A stretch of DNA of 64,000 bases from the human T2T-CHM13v2.0 reference genome, Homo sapiens. How positions within the stretch are numbered: the stretch's first letter is position 1; every line of letters starts with the position of its first letter. Location: the NCBI RefSeq assembly GCF_009914755.1, contig NC_060926.1. One strand, given 5' to 3'. The notes below the pieces were generated by a model. The model ran no database searches, was not told the DNA's origin, and worked only from the letters and a program-made list of their open reading frames with translations. Shown here in pieces: positions 21,102 to 47,410 of this stretch. The position numbers and the translations under genes are program-made.

Positions 21102-21224
21102 CGTACTTTAGACTTTGGCCAAAAGCTAACAGCATTTGAAGACAAACTCTTTAGCTACTTGTTTTCTTAGAATTTGGGAAGTTTTGAAATCTAAAGGGTT
21201 TTGAATACCTTCTAAGATTTCACT
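21102..21224 (-). pseudogene. DSTYK-like fossil exon 5
   Basis: 123 bp, phase 0-0, tatag|...ACG|GTGAAA. Reads SEILEGIQNPLDFKTSQILRKQVAKEFVFKCC*LLAKV*ST (cf. EELLDDATNMEFK...REIKCC). Both stops are one C>T change from Gln codons. Confidence 0.75.
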
Positions 21225-21269
21225 CTATATAATACATAATATCTATCTATGCTATGCTAGATCCCTATT

Positions 21270-21895
<626 letters not shown>

Positions 21896-22449
21896 ATCCA
21901 GAACATGGCAACACTGCTAAAGCCTTGGCTGTGCCTGCACACACACACATGAGCTGTCCTGAGTAGCCAAAACAGCTGACAGAAAGGTATTGAGATCCTG
22001 TGTTTCACACGTAGGAAAACCTTAGACCACACAGTGATTCCACCTCTTCACATGTAGTTCTAATAGTTTCATGCTTGACTTATAGTTCTAATAAGCTTGG
22101 TAATCTGATTTTCAATCCTTGGCTGACTTGCAGTAGAAAATTAGGAAGCCAAGAAGGGAAGCTCTAGGCAGATAAACTGACAGACCTAAAAAGACTTGAG
22201 GAAACATATTCTAGTTAATAATGTGCCTCATTTATATGATATAGTCAAGTGCAATAAACATATACTAAACCTGTGCATTTAAGTCAAAAAAAGGAAGGTG
22301 GGAAAGAAGAGGTGCTTTAAGTAAAATTCTCAAACCTTTGACCAACCACTACCTCTCTGGGCTTTTACTTATTCATATAAAAAAAGAAACATTTAAATAA
22401 TTTAATGTCTAGGCTCCTGTTTACTGTAGAATTCTATGATTTTAGGTGA

Positions 22450-23741
<1,292 letters not shown>

Positions 23742-24852
23742 CAACAAACTATTAACAAGGGGCAGGATTATGGAGACTTTTCTGTTTTGTTAAATGTTCA
23801 TTTAAAAGTAATAAACACATTACACAAGAAAAATAACAAACGTAACAACAAAAAGAATAATACAAAATGAAAGGCAAGAAATTAAGTAATACATTTTACA
23901 AATATTTTCATGGGGAACTATTGAAAATTTATTGAAAACAACATGTTTTCCAAGAATTTAGAATGGAAAAGTTGTTCCACCTGCAGCTTTCTGATTGAGT
24001 AGCTGGATGCTGTGATCTTTCACTCAGTTACCCCCTCTTCATCCTGGTTGATTTCCAGCTTTCAATAAAGCTTTTCACCTGACGCAGGATAATAGCGAGT
24101 GCATGTGTGCTGGTTTGTTTACTGTGAGTCTCTCAGAGGAAATCATGTGCATCTGTCTGTTTACTTTTCCGTGGAACCTAGAAGGTCACCTCTAAAAATA
24201 ATCTTGCTCGGTGTTAGAGTTTCTGTGACACAGAGGTACATACCTCACATGCTCTCCACAGTTAGTGCGCTAAGCCAGGCATATCTAGTTCCCAAATGAC
24301 TCAGATCAGAGAAGGAGGGGAAGGCAGCTGCCAGCTAAGATGTCTAGTGACTGATTTAAGAGCAGATGCAGAGGAAGCCCTTTACAAAATGGGACACACT
24401 CATGGCTGCCTTTCTAGATCAGTGATGTTGAACTTTTAAATATGTTTATTGGCTTTTTGTATTTCTTCTTTGTAAGTTTCCAAAGGAAATATTAGGAGAA
24501 TTTCTGAACCAGAGCCCATGCTATGGCTATTTGACTTTGCAGTAGACACATTTGGATGCCTTTTCACTACCTCCTTTGGCCCTGAAGCTCTTGTTAAAAC
24601 AGGTGCGCCTGAGGAACTGCGTTTATGCGTGAAGAACACTCTCCATTTGCCCCTGACGTCTGCCTCACTCTTCCCAGATTGAACCTTTATTATCCCATGC
24701 TGGGCTGGGACCTCATTATGGAAGGCCTCGAAAGCCAGCCTGCGGAGGTTGAACAAGGGAGTAGGATGATGAGAGTTCTGCTGTAAGAGATTAACCCAGC
24801 ATCAGTGTAAGAGACTTGAGAGGGAAGAATGGGTAGAGAAAGAGATCAGTTA

Positions 24853-25198
<346 letters not shown>

Positions 25199-25209
25199 AG
25201 TCTTTTGTC

Positions 25210-25292
25210 AGCTGCTCTGCCTATGGAGTAGCCATTCTTTTATTCCTTTACTTTCCTAATAAACTTGCCTTCACTTAAAAAAAAAAAAAAAA
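25210..25292 (+). mobile_element. Polyadenylated LTR8-like 3' fragment (retrocopy)
   Basis: ctatggagtagccattcttttattcctttactttcctaataaacttgccttcactt followed directly by a poly-A; flanks aagaagtcttttgtc/aagaagcctgttgtc. Confidence 0.65.
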
Positions 25293-26084
25293 GAAGCCTG
25301 TTGTCCAAGTCAGAAACAATGAAAGCCTGAGCTAAAGCCACGAGCAGGAGAGAAGGGAATAGAAAGAGATAAATTGAAGAAGCAAATCTATGAAATTGTA
25401 CAGCTGATTGGATCCAGGATACAAAGGAGTTCCGTAGGTCCCAGAAGACTCCTAGATGTGTGCTGGAAATTGTAGTGCTGCTGTGGAGATGTCACACACT
25501 GGGCTCTACCTCGTCCTCTTATGCCTCTTCGGGGATCTCATGCCAACAACTGTTTTGTCATCTATCTTCAATTATTTACTGCCATTGATTCCTTCCCATG
25601 AGGCCTATTTAAGAATCTCCACATTTTAGAACAAAATAAACCAAACCAAACCATACCAAAACAAACCTTCCCTCTTGAGAGGAAGAATAGACTACTAATG
25701 TCCTTATCGTAGAAGTAGGGAGTCAAGAGACACTATCCATGATTAATAGAACGAAGAAGGGAGCTTAAGTAGGTTGCAAAGAGGGCCAGTGGAGAGATTG
25801 AGAATGGTGATGCAACCACTTTGGAGGAGAGGGGAACGAGAGGAGTGTAAGTGAACTAAATTCTCATCCAGCATATGAGGAAGTTAATAGAGAATGTCTA
25901 AGGCGGATAAATCAAGAAATAGTTAGGCCAGGAGGTGAATTAGTGATCTGGAGGTTACTACAACACAGAAGCAGTTCAAAGTGCTTGCCTCTTCAGGGTG
26001 GCTCGGGACTGTTGCTTTTTTGAACCATTTGCGTGTATTTCTTTGATGAAATTTTTAAAGCGTTTTTTCCCTGTTTTTTAACAT

Positions 26085-27054
<970 letters not shown>

Positions 27055-27152
27055 TTCTTTCTTTTTTTGGTATAATGGGGAGAGAAGCCTTTAAAAAGCC
27101 TCCCTAAATTCACATCTCCTTATGGCTACCATTTTTTTCTCTTCTTCCTTGA

Positions 27153-27395
<243 letters not shown>

Positions 27396-27419
27396 TAAAT
27401 ATATTCTTTAATATAATAA

Positions 27420-30270
<2,851 letters not shown>

Positions 30271-30424
30271 TGCTGGGGAGGTAGTTGGGGAGTGGGTGGA
30301 AGAAGGGGTTCAGAAGCCTTAGTCTGGGAGTCCAGGCAGAGGCATGGGAAGGCCTCTGGGAAGTTGAGGAACCTATTTGTTTACGTAACTCACTTCCGAC
30401 CTTGCAGGGCCAAGGCTGGAACCA

Positions 30425-31290
<866 letters not shown>

Positions 31291-31366
31291 AGGCCGAGTT
31301 CTGGTATTAACAGAAGTTCCACTTAGTGGTGGGGTTGGAGAGGCCTTTCCCCACCTTTTACTACTC

Positions 31367-32863
<1,497 letters not shown>

Positions 32864-33026
32864 CACTACAGGCACTTTCTGTCTCCTCTCTGTGCATCTG
32901 TGTGTGTTGGTTTCTTTCTCATTCACTGCAGATGGGAGTCCTCATATGGCCAGAAACCAACAACTACCAAGGCTATCTCTTGCAACTTCCTGCACTAGAG
33001 AGATGTTCTTCTCGACTATAGTTTAA

Positions 33027-33052
33027 ACAACAACAACAACAACAACAACAAC
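33027..33052 (+). repeat. (CAA)n
   Basis: Seen directly. Confidence 0.95.
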
Positions 33053-33149
33053 AGCCAGGGGAAGGACTATGAGTGGCCCAGCCTGGGCATTCATCCTTAT
33101 ACAAGTTCAACTTTGACCATGGGAATCAGGACATATAAGAGCATGATTG

Positions 33150-35600
33150 CTCCTGTTGGAATCCCTTGGTTGCGGTTGGGGATTTGGGTAACAAGTTCCC
33201 AAACATAAGGGAGGGTGCTGAGTGGCCGCTTGCCGTACTCAGTCATTGGCTGGGACTGCAGGAGTGGGGAAAAGCATGGCCTCAGCTCAAATACTGCAGC
33301 GGGTCCCAAAGGTGCTGCAACTGGAGGCTGTCAGCTGACCACTCTCCTTGCAGCTGATCATTCAGTTCTTTCTTGAAGGGAAATGCAAACAGTGCACCTA
33401 TCTGTGGTTGCCATGAGCCACCCCTTGTGCCCATTCATGAGAGCTCTGCCTTCATGATCTAACCACCTCCCAAAGACCATACCCCCTAACACCATCACCC
33501 TGGGGGTTGGGGTTTCAACATAGGAATTTAGGAGAACACAAACATTCAGCCTATAGCACCTGGATCCCCTGGTCAGATGCTATATTGTATGAGATTCCAT
33601 GCCTGTGGATCAAGCACTCTATAAACCCCTGGATAGTGGTAATGGCTGCAGCTCTGAGGACAGAGAAAGCAAATCCATACTCGAATCAGTGTCTGTTTAT
33701 CTGAGAATGACACTCTGCCTCTCCAGGACAGAAGGGGCCCAATTAGTCAACGTATTGCTAGTGAGTCTCCTCCAGGAATGGAGCTGCGTCAGGGCTGAAC
33801 GTTGCTCTCTGTTGCTGCGAGGTTGGATATTCAAAGGCAGCAATGGCAAGGTCAGATTTGGTCAGTGAAGTCCATGCTTTTGGGTCCACACGTAGCCTCT
33901 GTCTCTGCCACTGCGGCCACCCCCTTCACCTGCCCATTGTCCCCATTCCAATGACAAAGCTTGTATTTGTACATTGAGCTGACCCACCAGTACACGAAGC
34001 ATAGGAGTTTCTTCCTCCGTCAGTTGGTCATGATGTTCCCCAGGGCCACGGGTGTGAGCTGAGGTAGGGACACTAGTGCCCTTATCAGGCCCAAATGTCC
34101 CCAGTAAAGTTATGCTGGGATTACCCCGAATTATCGAGCTGGCAGCCAGGAGAGAAAGTGGGCACAGCTTCTCAGAGGGACACCAGTTGCCTGGAGGGAA
34201 GAGGCCTCTGCAGTGTATTTTTGCACAGGGAGGGGTGGGCCACCTATGCAGATTCTGGGGGTACTGGGGAGTCTGCAGATACACCATCTTTCAGGGCATC
34301 CACCCAGATTTTCCCATCCTATGTTTCAGGGCCCCAGATGTTCCCATCCGGGGCACAACAGACCTGAATGCTCAGAAAGACATTCAGCCATTTTGGGGAA
34401 CTTTGACCCTGACTCTCAGATCCTGAGTTTGTTCCTTAGTTGTGCTAGCTCTTTCACCCTGTAAACTGCTGAAGAGACCGTCTGTTTCTCACACTTAGCC
34501 ATAACTGTTTGTTGACTGCCCTCTGTTTGCAATGCTTCCTCTGTAGCAGGGATCCCCAACTCCCGGGCCACGGACCCGTGGGCTGCACAGAAGGAGGTGA
34601 AGGCAGGCGAGTTATTACCACCAGCTCTGCCTCCTGTCAGGTCAGCGGCATTAGATACTCATAGTAGTGCAAACCCTATTGTGAACCGTGCATGTGAGGG
34701 ATCTAGGTTGCACAGTCCTTATGAGAATCTAACTCCTGATGATCTGTCACTGTCTCCCATCACCCCAGATGGGACAGCTAGTTGTAGGAAAACAAGCTCA
34801 GGGCTCCCACTGATTCTACATTATGGAGAGTTGTATAATTATTTCATTATATATTACAATGTAATAATAATAGAAATCAAGTGCCCAATAAATGTAATGC
34901 ACTTGAATCATCCTGAAACCTTCCCCTACCCCACCCCAGTCTGTGGAGAAACGGTCTTTCACAAAACTGGTCACTGGTGCCAAAAAGGTGGGGGACTGCT
35001 GTTCTGTAGGATGTCAATGCAGCTTTTGAGCAATCAGCTCACTCCATCTTTCCTGTGTGAGGTGCCTCCCCTCCCCCAGGCCCCCATGCTTTCCAGGGCT
35101 TGAATCCTATCACTAGCCAGTGTATTCTCCACTGGGATGTCACTCTCAAGTCACTACTGATAGTATTTTTAGCAACTGGGATAGCCCTTGTGACTGGGAC
35201 TATCCCTGCCCACATACCACTTGGGATGCGGTTCTCCTTGCCAGCTGGGAGCACGCGGTCCAGTCCCCAAACAGAGCTTGTTGTTTCTGACTGCCTTCAG
35301 GACCAACTGTGCTGATGGGTTCTTAGGGAGGCAGACATCAAGGCAAAGTTAGAAGGGCAAGAGATTCGTTGTGGGTAGTATCTGGTAAAGGACGAGGGAA
35401 AAGGAGCGGGAGTAGTCGGAGAAAGTCTCTAGGCCATGGTGCAGGTCTGACACCTGTAAACGCAGAGGAGAAAGGAAGGAGGGTTGAGCAGGAAGAGCCT
35501 CAGGTCGAGGTGTAGCTCTGAGAAAATCCTAGAGGAGTGCCATGCTGGGCTGTGCTCAGACACTGGCTGGGAGCTTTCTGGGAAGAAAATGGATGTGGTG
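33150..35600 (-). mobile_element. Ancient ERVL/MaLR LTR and internal remnants
   Basis: MaLR-like ggggtttcaacataggaattt at ~33510 and degenerate ERVL-internal-like sequence; subfamilies not resolved. Confidence 0.55.
34547..35001 (+). mobile_element. MER1 (hAT-Charlie) DNA transposon
   Basis: Ends cagggatccccaac...gggggactgctg; 8-bp TSD ctctgtag/ttctgtag. Confidence 0.9.
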
Positions 35601-35801
35601 TGTAGGGACTAGAAGGAGGCAGGAGATGGTTTTGGTAATGATCTGTTTCTTAATCTGGGTTTTATGTGTGTGTTCATTTTATAAATTTTTATCAAGCTCA
35701 TTTTTGACATGTGAACTTTACATATGCTATATTTCAATTTTCTAAAAGTCATGAGTCTCTGCCTTTGGCTTCCAAATAGCCTTAATAAAGAAACTTAATT
35801 A

Positions 35802-36185
<384 letters not shown>

Positions 36186-36653
36186 TTAGAAATATATAAG
36201 CCAATTTCTGTGAATTTATTATCTGGAATAAACCACACAATGTATAACGTCTTAAGTACAAAGATGTTCATTATTACATTGCTTATAGTCGTGAACACTT
36301 GGAAATATCATAAGTTTCCATCAGTACAGAAACTACTGAATAAATCATGGGATGCAATACAGTGGGATACCATGAAACAGTTGAAAATAATGATGAGAAT
36401 CTATATTTCATGGCATGGGAGTATGTTCATGATATAACATGAATAAATGAAAAGAAAGCACAAATATATGCTTAATATGATCCATTTTACTAAAAATGTT
36501 TCAAAAGCATGTTTTTATAGTTAGAAGAAAGACTGAGTATTCTACATAAAACATGAATAGTGCTTATCTTTGGACAGTATCTTAAAAATGATTATTATTT
36601 TCTGTATCCTTTTAATGTTTAATGTTTCTGTTTTTTATGATGAAAATTTAATT

Positions 36654-37095
<442 letters not shown>

Positions 37096-37267
37096 TATGC
37101 GATATTTTAGGGTAGGGAATTAAAGCTTACTCATCCATGTCCACCCATTGTCTTTCACATTACCTAGGATATGAGATAGAAGTTCCATTTGTATTAGTTG
37201 GCCAAAAAGGAATTAATTCATGAATAATAAATGAATGAAAAAATGAATGCTAGGTGAGTCATTGATA

Positions 37268-37368
37268 TGACTATTGATATTTTAACCAGCTTACCCTTTT
37301 GTATTTAAGTAATATAGTGCCTTTCACTTAAAATCCAAAGGGTAAGCTGGTTAAAATATCAATAGTCA
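37268..37368. repeat. Inverted repeat (32-bp perfect stem)
   Basis: 37268-37299 is the exact reverse complement of 37337-37368. Confidence 0.95.
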
Positions 37369-37809
37369 AGACTTTGTAAAATATTTTTTTTCCTCGACTT
37401 ATCATCACTCTGAAAACCCCACTGAAGGATTTTCTTTCCACCCTTGCAACTCTGGGCTCCGCACAGCTGAAGGGCCTGGTAAGGGAGTGCACTCTTGCCA
37501 GGGGACACAGTGAACTACAAATATGGCTGTCACCTTTGGAGTCCTTGGAGTGTCCTATGGATACTTTGGAGTCCTTGTGTCCAGGAGCCAGGAGACAAAC
37601 AGAGGAGTCACCATCTTGGCAGAGGTCATTGTCCCTGATCAGCAGGTGGAGGCAGGGCTCCTGTTACACAGTGGGGATGAGTACAAGGTATTTGGAACCA
37701 GGGAGTAGTATGGGCTGGCTACAGAATTGGCAACGTCATTTGCAATCATGTTTCAGCTGCCATTTACAAGGTGATGATCCATGAATCCTTACCTCTTTCA
37801 TGAGTTTCA

Positions 37810-38094
<285 letters not shown>

Positions 38095-38257
38095 CTATTC
38101 TGGGTCCTTTGAACAATTATTGAGCTACTATGTTGAATTTATTAATGAAAGCGATTCCTTGTCATTTAATATTTTTATCTCCATGGGCTGCCAAGTGCTT
38201 GGTACATAGTGGACATTCAATAAACTTTGGATTCATTAGTAAATAAGTCAGCAAATA

Positions 38258-38317
38258 GTATTGTATTGTATTGTATTGTATTGTATTGTATTGTATTGTA
38301 TTGTATTGTATTGTATT
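38258..38317 (+). repeat. (ATTGT)n microsatellite, ~12 units
   Basis: Seen directly. Confidence 0.97.
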
Positions 38318-38992
38318 CAGCCAAGCAAACCTTTTTTTTGTGGGGCGGGGGGATGTAATGCTAAATTAATTGCAGAGCAATTAATTTGAGGAAGAGATGA
38401 AAACTTCATTCTTTGTGAAGGGGTCACTGTGCTGGTCAGATACCTGAGCAAACAGGCCAGGCCTCCAGGCAATTAGATCAAGTACATTTCTCATTGCCCA
38501 GAATGTGGACCTGCTATTGGAGAGGACACCTGTCTTCCTGAGGTCAGTGGCTCCAGCATTGGATTGAGCTGTAACCAGATCTGGGTACAGATGCTGCCAA
38601 AACAGGGATATCCCAAGGTGCTATTACTGGATGCTAATTTTGGATAAATACCTCCTTGATGCTTTAAGTCTTTCAAAATGAAGATTGCATGCTCTAGTAA
38701 ATCATAAATATTATTGAAGTTTCCATTTTCAGCGAATAGTTAAACTCATATTTTTTGTAGTTGGGATATGCAATACACATGCTGGCATTTTTATACTTAC
38801 ATTGAGGTTCGGAATTCAGTATTTTACAAGGCCCTGGGAACTTGTTTGCAAAGTAAAGTGTTCTGAAAAGTTACCCTGGTGCAATATGATCGCTCCCTTC
38901 GGAGAACTTGCAAGTAAATTTAGTTAGTTAAAGCCTCTGCCAGCATGCTTCTAGCCCAGAGAATAAAAACGATATCTCCAGTTGCCAGTTGC

Positions 38993-39181
38993 TTTTATCT
39001 GTTGCTTCTCCTGAAGCCTAATTTGAAGAAATTTCGTTTTGCTGCAGGTTTACGTTTCTGACTTATCTTACCCCTGGACTTTTCTCCAACTGTTTAAGTC
39101 TCTTGAGCTTTCGAGGAACTCAGTGGTTCATGATATAGTGCCTTACACTCAAAATACAAAAGGGTAAGCTGGTTAAAACAT
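38993..39181 (-). pseudogene. DSTYK-like fossil exon 4
   Basis: Acceptor tgtcttgattatag|. Reads CFNQLTLLYFECKALY, frameshift, VPRKLKRLKQLEK..VRNVNLQQNEISS (cf. [43 protein letters not shown]). 3' boundary uncertain (GC donor at ~38992). Confidence 0.65.
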
Positions 39182-39335
39182 CTATAATCAAGACATTGCA
39201 AAGCTTTTTTTTCTTCTTCTTAACAGGAACGGTATTAATCGACCTTATTAATTAAATGGGGAGGCTAAATCTTAATAATCTTCCATTATTAAACTAAAAT
39301 GTGGCCAAATGCTTTCTACTATCATGCCAACATGA

Positions 39336-41266
<1,931 letters not shown>

Positions 41267-41670
41267 GACTGATGTTTTACCTTAACTGAATATTTTCAGT
41301 TTGGTCATTTGAAAATAAAAATTTGTTGCTAGTTTAAAAATACTTATTTTCTTTAACTGAACTAAATACTTTGTCAAGTGCAGAATGGAAATAATCTGCC
41401 ACAACAAAATAAAAAACTATTTATGCACCTATATGTGCCTAGTTTTCTTTGGGGATAATATAATTAGATATGATTCTTGGCTTTAAGATCAGTAAAAACT
41501 CAGCCATCCAAGTTTATATATAGTTTAATAAATCATACTTAAGGAAAGGTGTGTGGTTCAATGTAGTCCAGGGGAAATATGATCGTAATTTCAAGTAAGG
41601 TGGTGGCAATGAAGAGAGGGAGAAGTGTATAGATTCAAGATCTTCATAGACAGTCTATTTTATACATAAC

Positions 41671-41761
41671 ATATTGTGAGAACAAGCTATTTGGTAACAT
41701 TTTCCAAATAACTCTTCTCTACAGGCAATAAAGGTATTTGATGCTCTACTGTAACCAGAAA
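41671..41761 (-). pseudogene. DSTYK-like fossil exon 3
   Basis: Strong acceptor tttttactgtcttttgatatag|. Reads FLVTVEHQIPLLPVEKSYLENVTK*LVL (cf. VLQTRLVDAAKALNL). Donor AT|GTTATG. Confidence 0.65.
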
Positions 41762-41869
41762 CTATATCAAAAGACAGTAAAAAAGTAAAAATAAAAACCT
41801 CAAAACACTGACATACTATGAGTAGAACTACTAGAATGTCTCCTTTGGAATCCTCCTTATTCATATATT

Positions 41870-43990
<2,121 letters not shown>

Positions 43991-44106
43991 TTAGCAGCAG
44001 ACATTTCTATGATGATAATGATATGAACTGTCATATTTCCCTAGTGGACCAGTGACTGTCATGAAAGGTCTTTAAAAGTACCTAATTGATGGAATCAAAC
44101 ACTTAC

Positions 44107-44741
44107 TGAACATAATGAATTTTCCATGTTCTACCTAATAAAAGCCTAATTGTCCATGTTCCTGTTGAACAAAAGAGTTTTTTCTCTATACTGCTCAGGG
44201 AAGAACAGTTTAGTAATCTTTAACTGCTAGAGAAATGTATTCATGGAGACTAAAGTATTATGCAAAAATGAAAAGTCAGAAAATCCAGGAACAAGCTGTA
44301 CCACATGTACAGAATCTTTGGATTTTTGAGAAACGGGGAAAAAATTGAAGAAGTGTGTATTTGTGTGTGAAGGGCACAAACGTAAGGACAAGTTGGAATA
44401 GAGCAAAATTATAATAATCATATATTCTGGAATACTTTTGTAAAGCCAAAATTATCTTTCAGTACTTTTTTAGTCCATCAGGAATGGATCTGGAATGTCT
44501 AAATTGGTGTGTGTGTATATAAATTACTGCATCTTCTTACATCCTAACAAATTCCAATTCAACCTGAACTTGAGATGAGAAGTCTGAAAGTACCTTATAA
44601 TTAAAGCTCTAGGCATATTCAACTGTGTCTTGAGGAGATACATTATCTGAGTTTGTGGGGAGTTATGTCCCCTTGACAAAATCTACCGTGTTTCTTAAAT
44701 TGAGAAATCCAATTATCTGATTGTTTTTAAATGAGTGTATT
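44107..44741 (-). pseudogene. DSTYK-like fossil exon 2 (large N-terminal domain exon)
   Basis: One frame with 4 stops reads IIGFLNLRNTVDFVKGT*LPTN...SFNYK..QVQVELEF...KIILAL...ALFQLVLTFVPFTHKYTLL (cf. LLGVQVLPTT..RFTYG..RVSLAL...DVVVAP...VLGDLVNDFLPVITYAL). Later it reads QQEHGQLGFI (cf. RQLIDLGYL). Long pyrimidine tract upstream (44742-44773); donor TCA|GTAAGT at 44107 (alternative at ~44082). Confidence 0.7.
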
Positions 44742-44811
44742 GAAGATTAAAAAGGGATAAAGAGAAAAACAGAATCAATATTTAGCTTTTACTGACAATA
44801 TAAAAGATGAT

Positions 44812-45337
44812 TGCATTAGTTTGTTCTCGCATTGCATAAAGAACTACCTGAGACTGGGTAATTTATAAAGAAAAGAGGTTTACTTGGCTCACAGTTCTTC
44901 AGGCTGTACAGGAAGCATGGCTGGGGAGGCTTCAGGAAACTTACAATCATGGTAGAAGGCGAAGGGGAAGCAGGCACATCTTACATGGCTGGAGCAGGAG
45001 AGAGAGCAGAGGGAGGTACCACACACTTATAAACAACCAGATCTCAGGCGTGGTGGCTCATGCCTGTAATCCCAGCACTTTGGGAGGCCCAGGCAGGTGG
45101 ATTGCTTGAGGCCAGGAATTCAAGACCATCCTAGGCAAGATGGCAAAACCCATCTCTATTAAAAAAAAAAAATGAAGAACAACCAGATCTCATAAGAACT
45201 CACTCACTATCATGAGAACAGCAAGGAGGAAATCTGCCCCCATGATCCGATCACCTCCCAGGAGCCCCCTCCTTCAACACTGGGGATTACAATTTGACCT
45301 GAGATTTGGGCGGGTATATAAATCCAAACCATTATCA
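44812..45337. mobile_element. MST-type MaLR LTR with an Alu monomer (45046-45172)
   Basis: taaagaactacctgagactgggtaatttataaagaaaagaggtt...aaaccattatca. Confidence 0.9.
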
Positions 45338-45708
45338 ATAATGAACTTGTTTCATTTAATTATTTTTTCAGAAGTAATCTTAGGTCACTTTTTCTTGTGC
45401 TACATTAATTATTTTATAAGTACACATCTTATAGCCAAAGCAGTTATGAAAGGAGATACCAATATAGTTAAACTGTATTTGGGAGATTTTTTTAAAAGAA
45501 TGTTTAAATTTTAATGTAACTGCTCCCCATTGCTGCTAAGGCAGATGCAGTAAGAAATCACTGGAAAAAGGCAGGGTTCAATCATTCCATAGCTCAAGTC
45601 CAAGCAACATGGAAAATCAGAAGGGAAAATGGGTGTGACAAACACTAGAATTTTTTAAAATGACTTTGTATTGTGCTATTTAAAATGCTTTATCTACAAA
45701 AGACCTAC

Positions 45709-45952
45709 ACCCTCCCTGTCTAATGGAGTAATTTCTACTTCATTTCTATCATCTAAAATATTGATACCCAATTGGAACCCAGTCCATGAAACTGGACTTT
45801 TTCAAGCCCCCGACTTCAAAAAATTCTTTTGCCAAATTAATTTGTTGCATTTGATAGTGACACATAACATTCTCTTCTTCTGCTATTAGAAATGGAATTT
45901 TATCTAGATTTAATTTGTAATTTTAACCAATTCTGTCATTAGAAGTTTCCAT
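45709..45952 (-). pseudogene. DSTYK-like fossil exon 1 (putative start)
   Basis: ATG at 45952 reads METSNDRIG*NYKLNLDKIPFLIAEEENVMCHYQMQQINLAKEFFEV (cf. LRQNLRETQKFFRDI). After a frameshift it reads VEITPLDREG (cf. ISFPPKEEKY). Donor GT|GTAGGT follows 45709. Confidence 0.55.
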
Positions 45953-46379
45953 TTGCAGCATTAAAAGCAAATTCTATTTCTGATTATATTTCAAAAGGTC
46001 AGAGCCTTCTCTTAATGTGTTTTTCTGTTTGCTGGTCTCTTTTTTTTCACATATTTGTTGTCAACTGATATGTCTGAATGTCTTTTCAGTTAAGTATTTA
46101 TCCTAATAACTGATCATGACAATACATCTGGCCACAGGATTCATACTACTACAATGTTAGACCAGATTCGTCTAAGTATTGGGGTGTTGGGGTAGCTTTG
46201 CCCAACTAAGTAAATATCTAGCCTCTTGTTAGGTGTTGTTACAATCACAAAAGTAGGCCTTTATGGAAGTTCCATTCCTAGTTGGACAGATGAAAGATAA
46301 ATCCCTGAAACAACTGGCAAATAATTTGAGGAAAATCTATCCATACATGTGAAACTATAGTGGGCATCAACCTATTGCT

Positions 46380-47410
46380 TTTGCCTGTCTAACCTTGATT
46401 CCTGCCTCTTCCACTGACAGCGCACTGATAGTCCTTTAGGAATCCATCCCTTCCCACTCTTGGTCCATTTGGCTTGGGTGGGGCTATCCCACTCCTTAGA
46501 TCCAGAATGAGCGTGCAATTCATGCCTGGCTCATCTTTGCATTTCATCCACTTGGCAATAGTGATTGGCTTCAAGATGAGAACATGACTCAAGAGAGTCC
46601 AATCAGAACTCATCCCGAGACTTGCTGGAATTATTTAAAAAGCAAAACTCTCTGTCTTCTCGGGTTATTAAGCTAGAAAGGTATAATTCTGGGGCCACTG
46701 GTAGACATCTTGCCTCTACCTATAGAAAACCTGCTTGAGAGTGAAGCCAAGGATTTTATATCTAGCAAAATGGACTCAAATATAAAGGACACAGACAAAC
46801 TGCTATCAGGAAATATGTTGTCCTGTGCCTTTCCTCAGGAATATATTAAAGAATGGGTTTCAGGCCATCAAAATGACTAGAAAGACATCAACATAAGGAC
46901 TGGGGGGTGGGGGTGAACATTAAATATACAATTACTTATAGAACTAAGACAAATGAGCATGGAAAGAGAGAGTATAGCGTGTAATGGCTACATGCTCTGT
47001 TTAGTGAAGTTAAAGAACAGACGATTTTAAGTGGGGGAAATGGAGATAGCATAGGCAAAAAGATGTAGCTTTTTTCAGGAAACACATCAGTGATGGTACT
47101 GTTAGTGTTGCTAACAGCATTGAAACTATGAGTTATTCTATCATTCCTTGTGTTCTTGAGAATCAGGATTCTTGGTGTAAAAGAAAGAAGATACAAATGT
47201 AATATAGAAGAGGGTAAGTAAAAATGCTGAGTCCTGAATTTGAATTGGAAGTGTGTGTCTGCACGAATTTTTGAGATGCTTTATCTTTAAAAACTAGATA
47301 TACATTTCCAAGGCCTGTGTACTGAAAAGGCCTAAAAGCATTGATCGCCCTAGAAGCAATAAGCATCCCTAGCACCTAGATCGTTGTCTTGAAATACCAT
47401 CTCTCATACT
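46380..47410. mobile_element. MLT1-like LTR and old L1M 3' remnants
   Basis: Degenerate consensus-like motifs. Confidence 0.5.

Noticed and set aside
34597-35103. 168-aa ORF, the longest in the track
   Set aside because: Lies almost entirely within the MER1 transposon.
37339-37349. AGGGTAAGCTG matches my recollection of the 5' end of miR-555
   Set aside because: Only 11 nt match and the rest differs, so it is not that miRNA.
38761-39163. Plus-strand exon candidates with open frames (38761-38913 and 39048-39163, gcag|...AGG|GTAAGC)
   Set aside because: Phases do not join, no protein family is recognisable, and the second is the antisense of fossil exon 4. They could still be lncRNA exons.
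44231-44381. Plus-strand exon-like segment (ctag|AGAAATG...AAC|GTAAGG)
   Set aside because: Lies antisense to fossil exon 2, which explains its composition; it contains stops.
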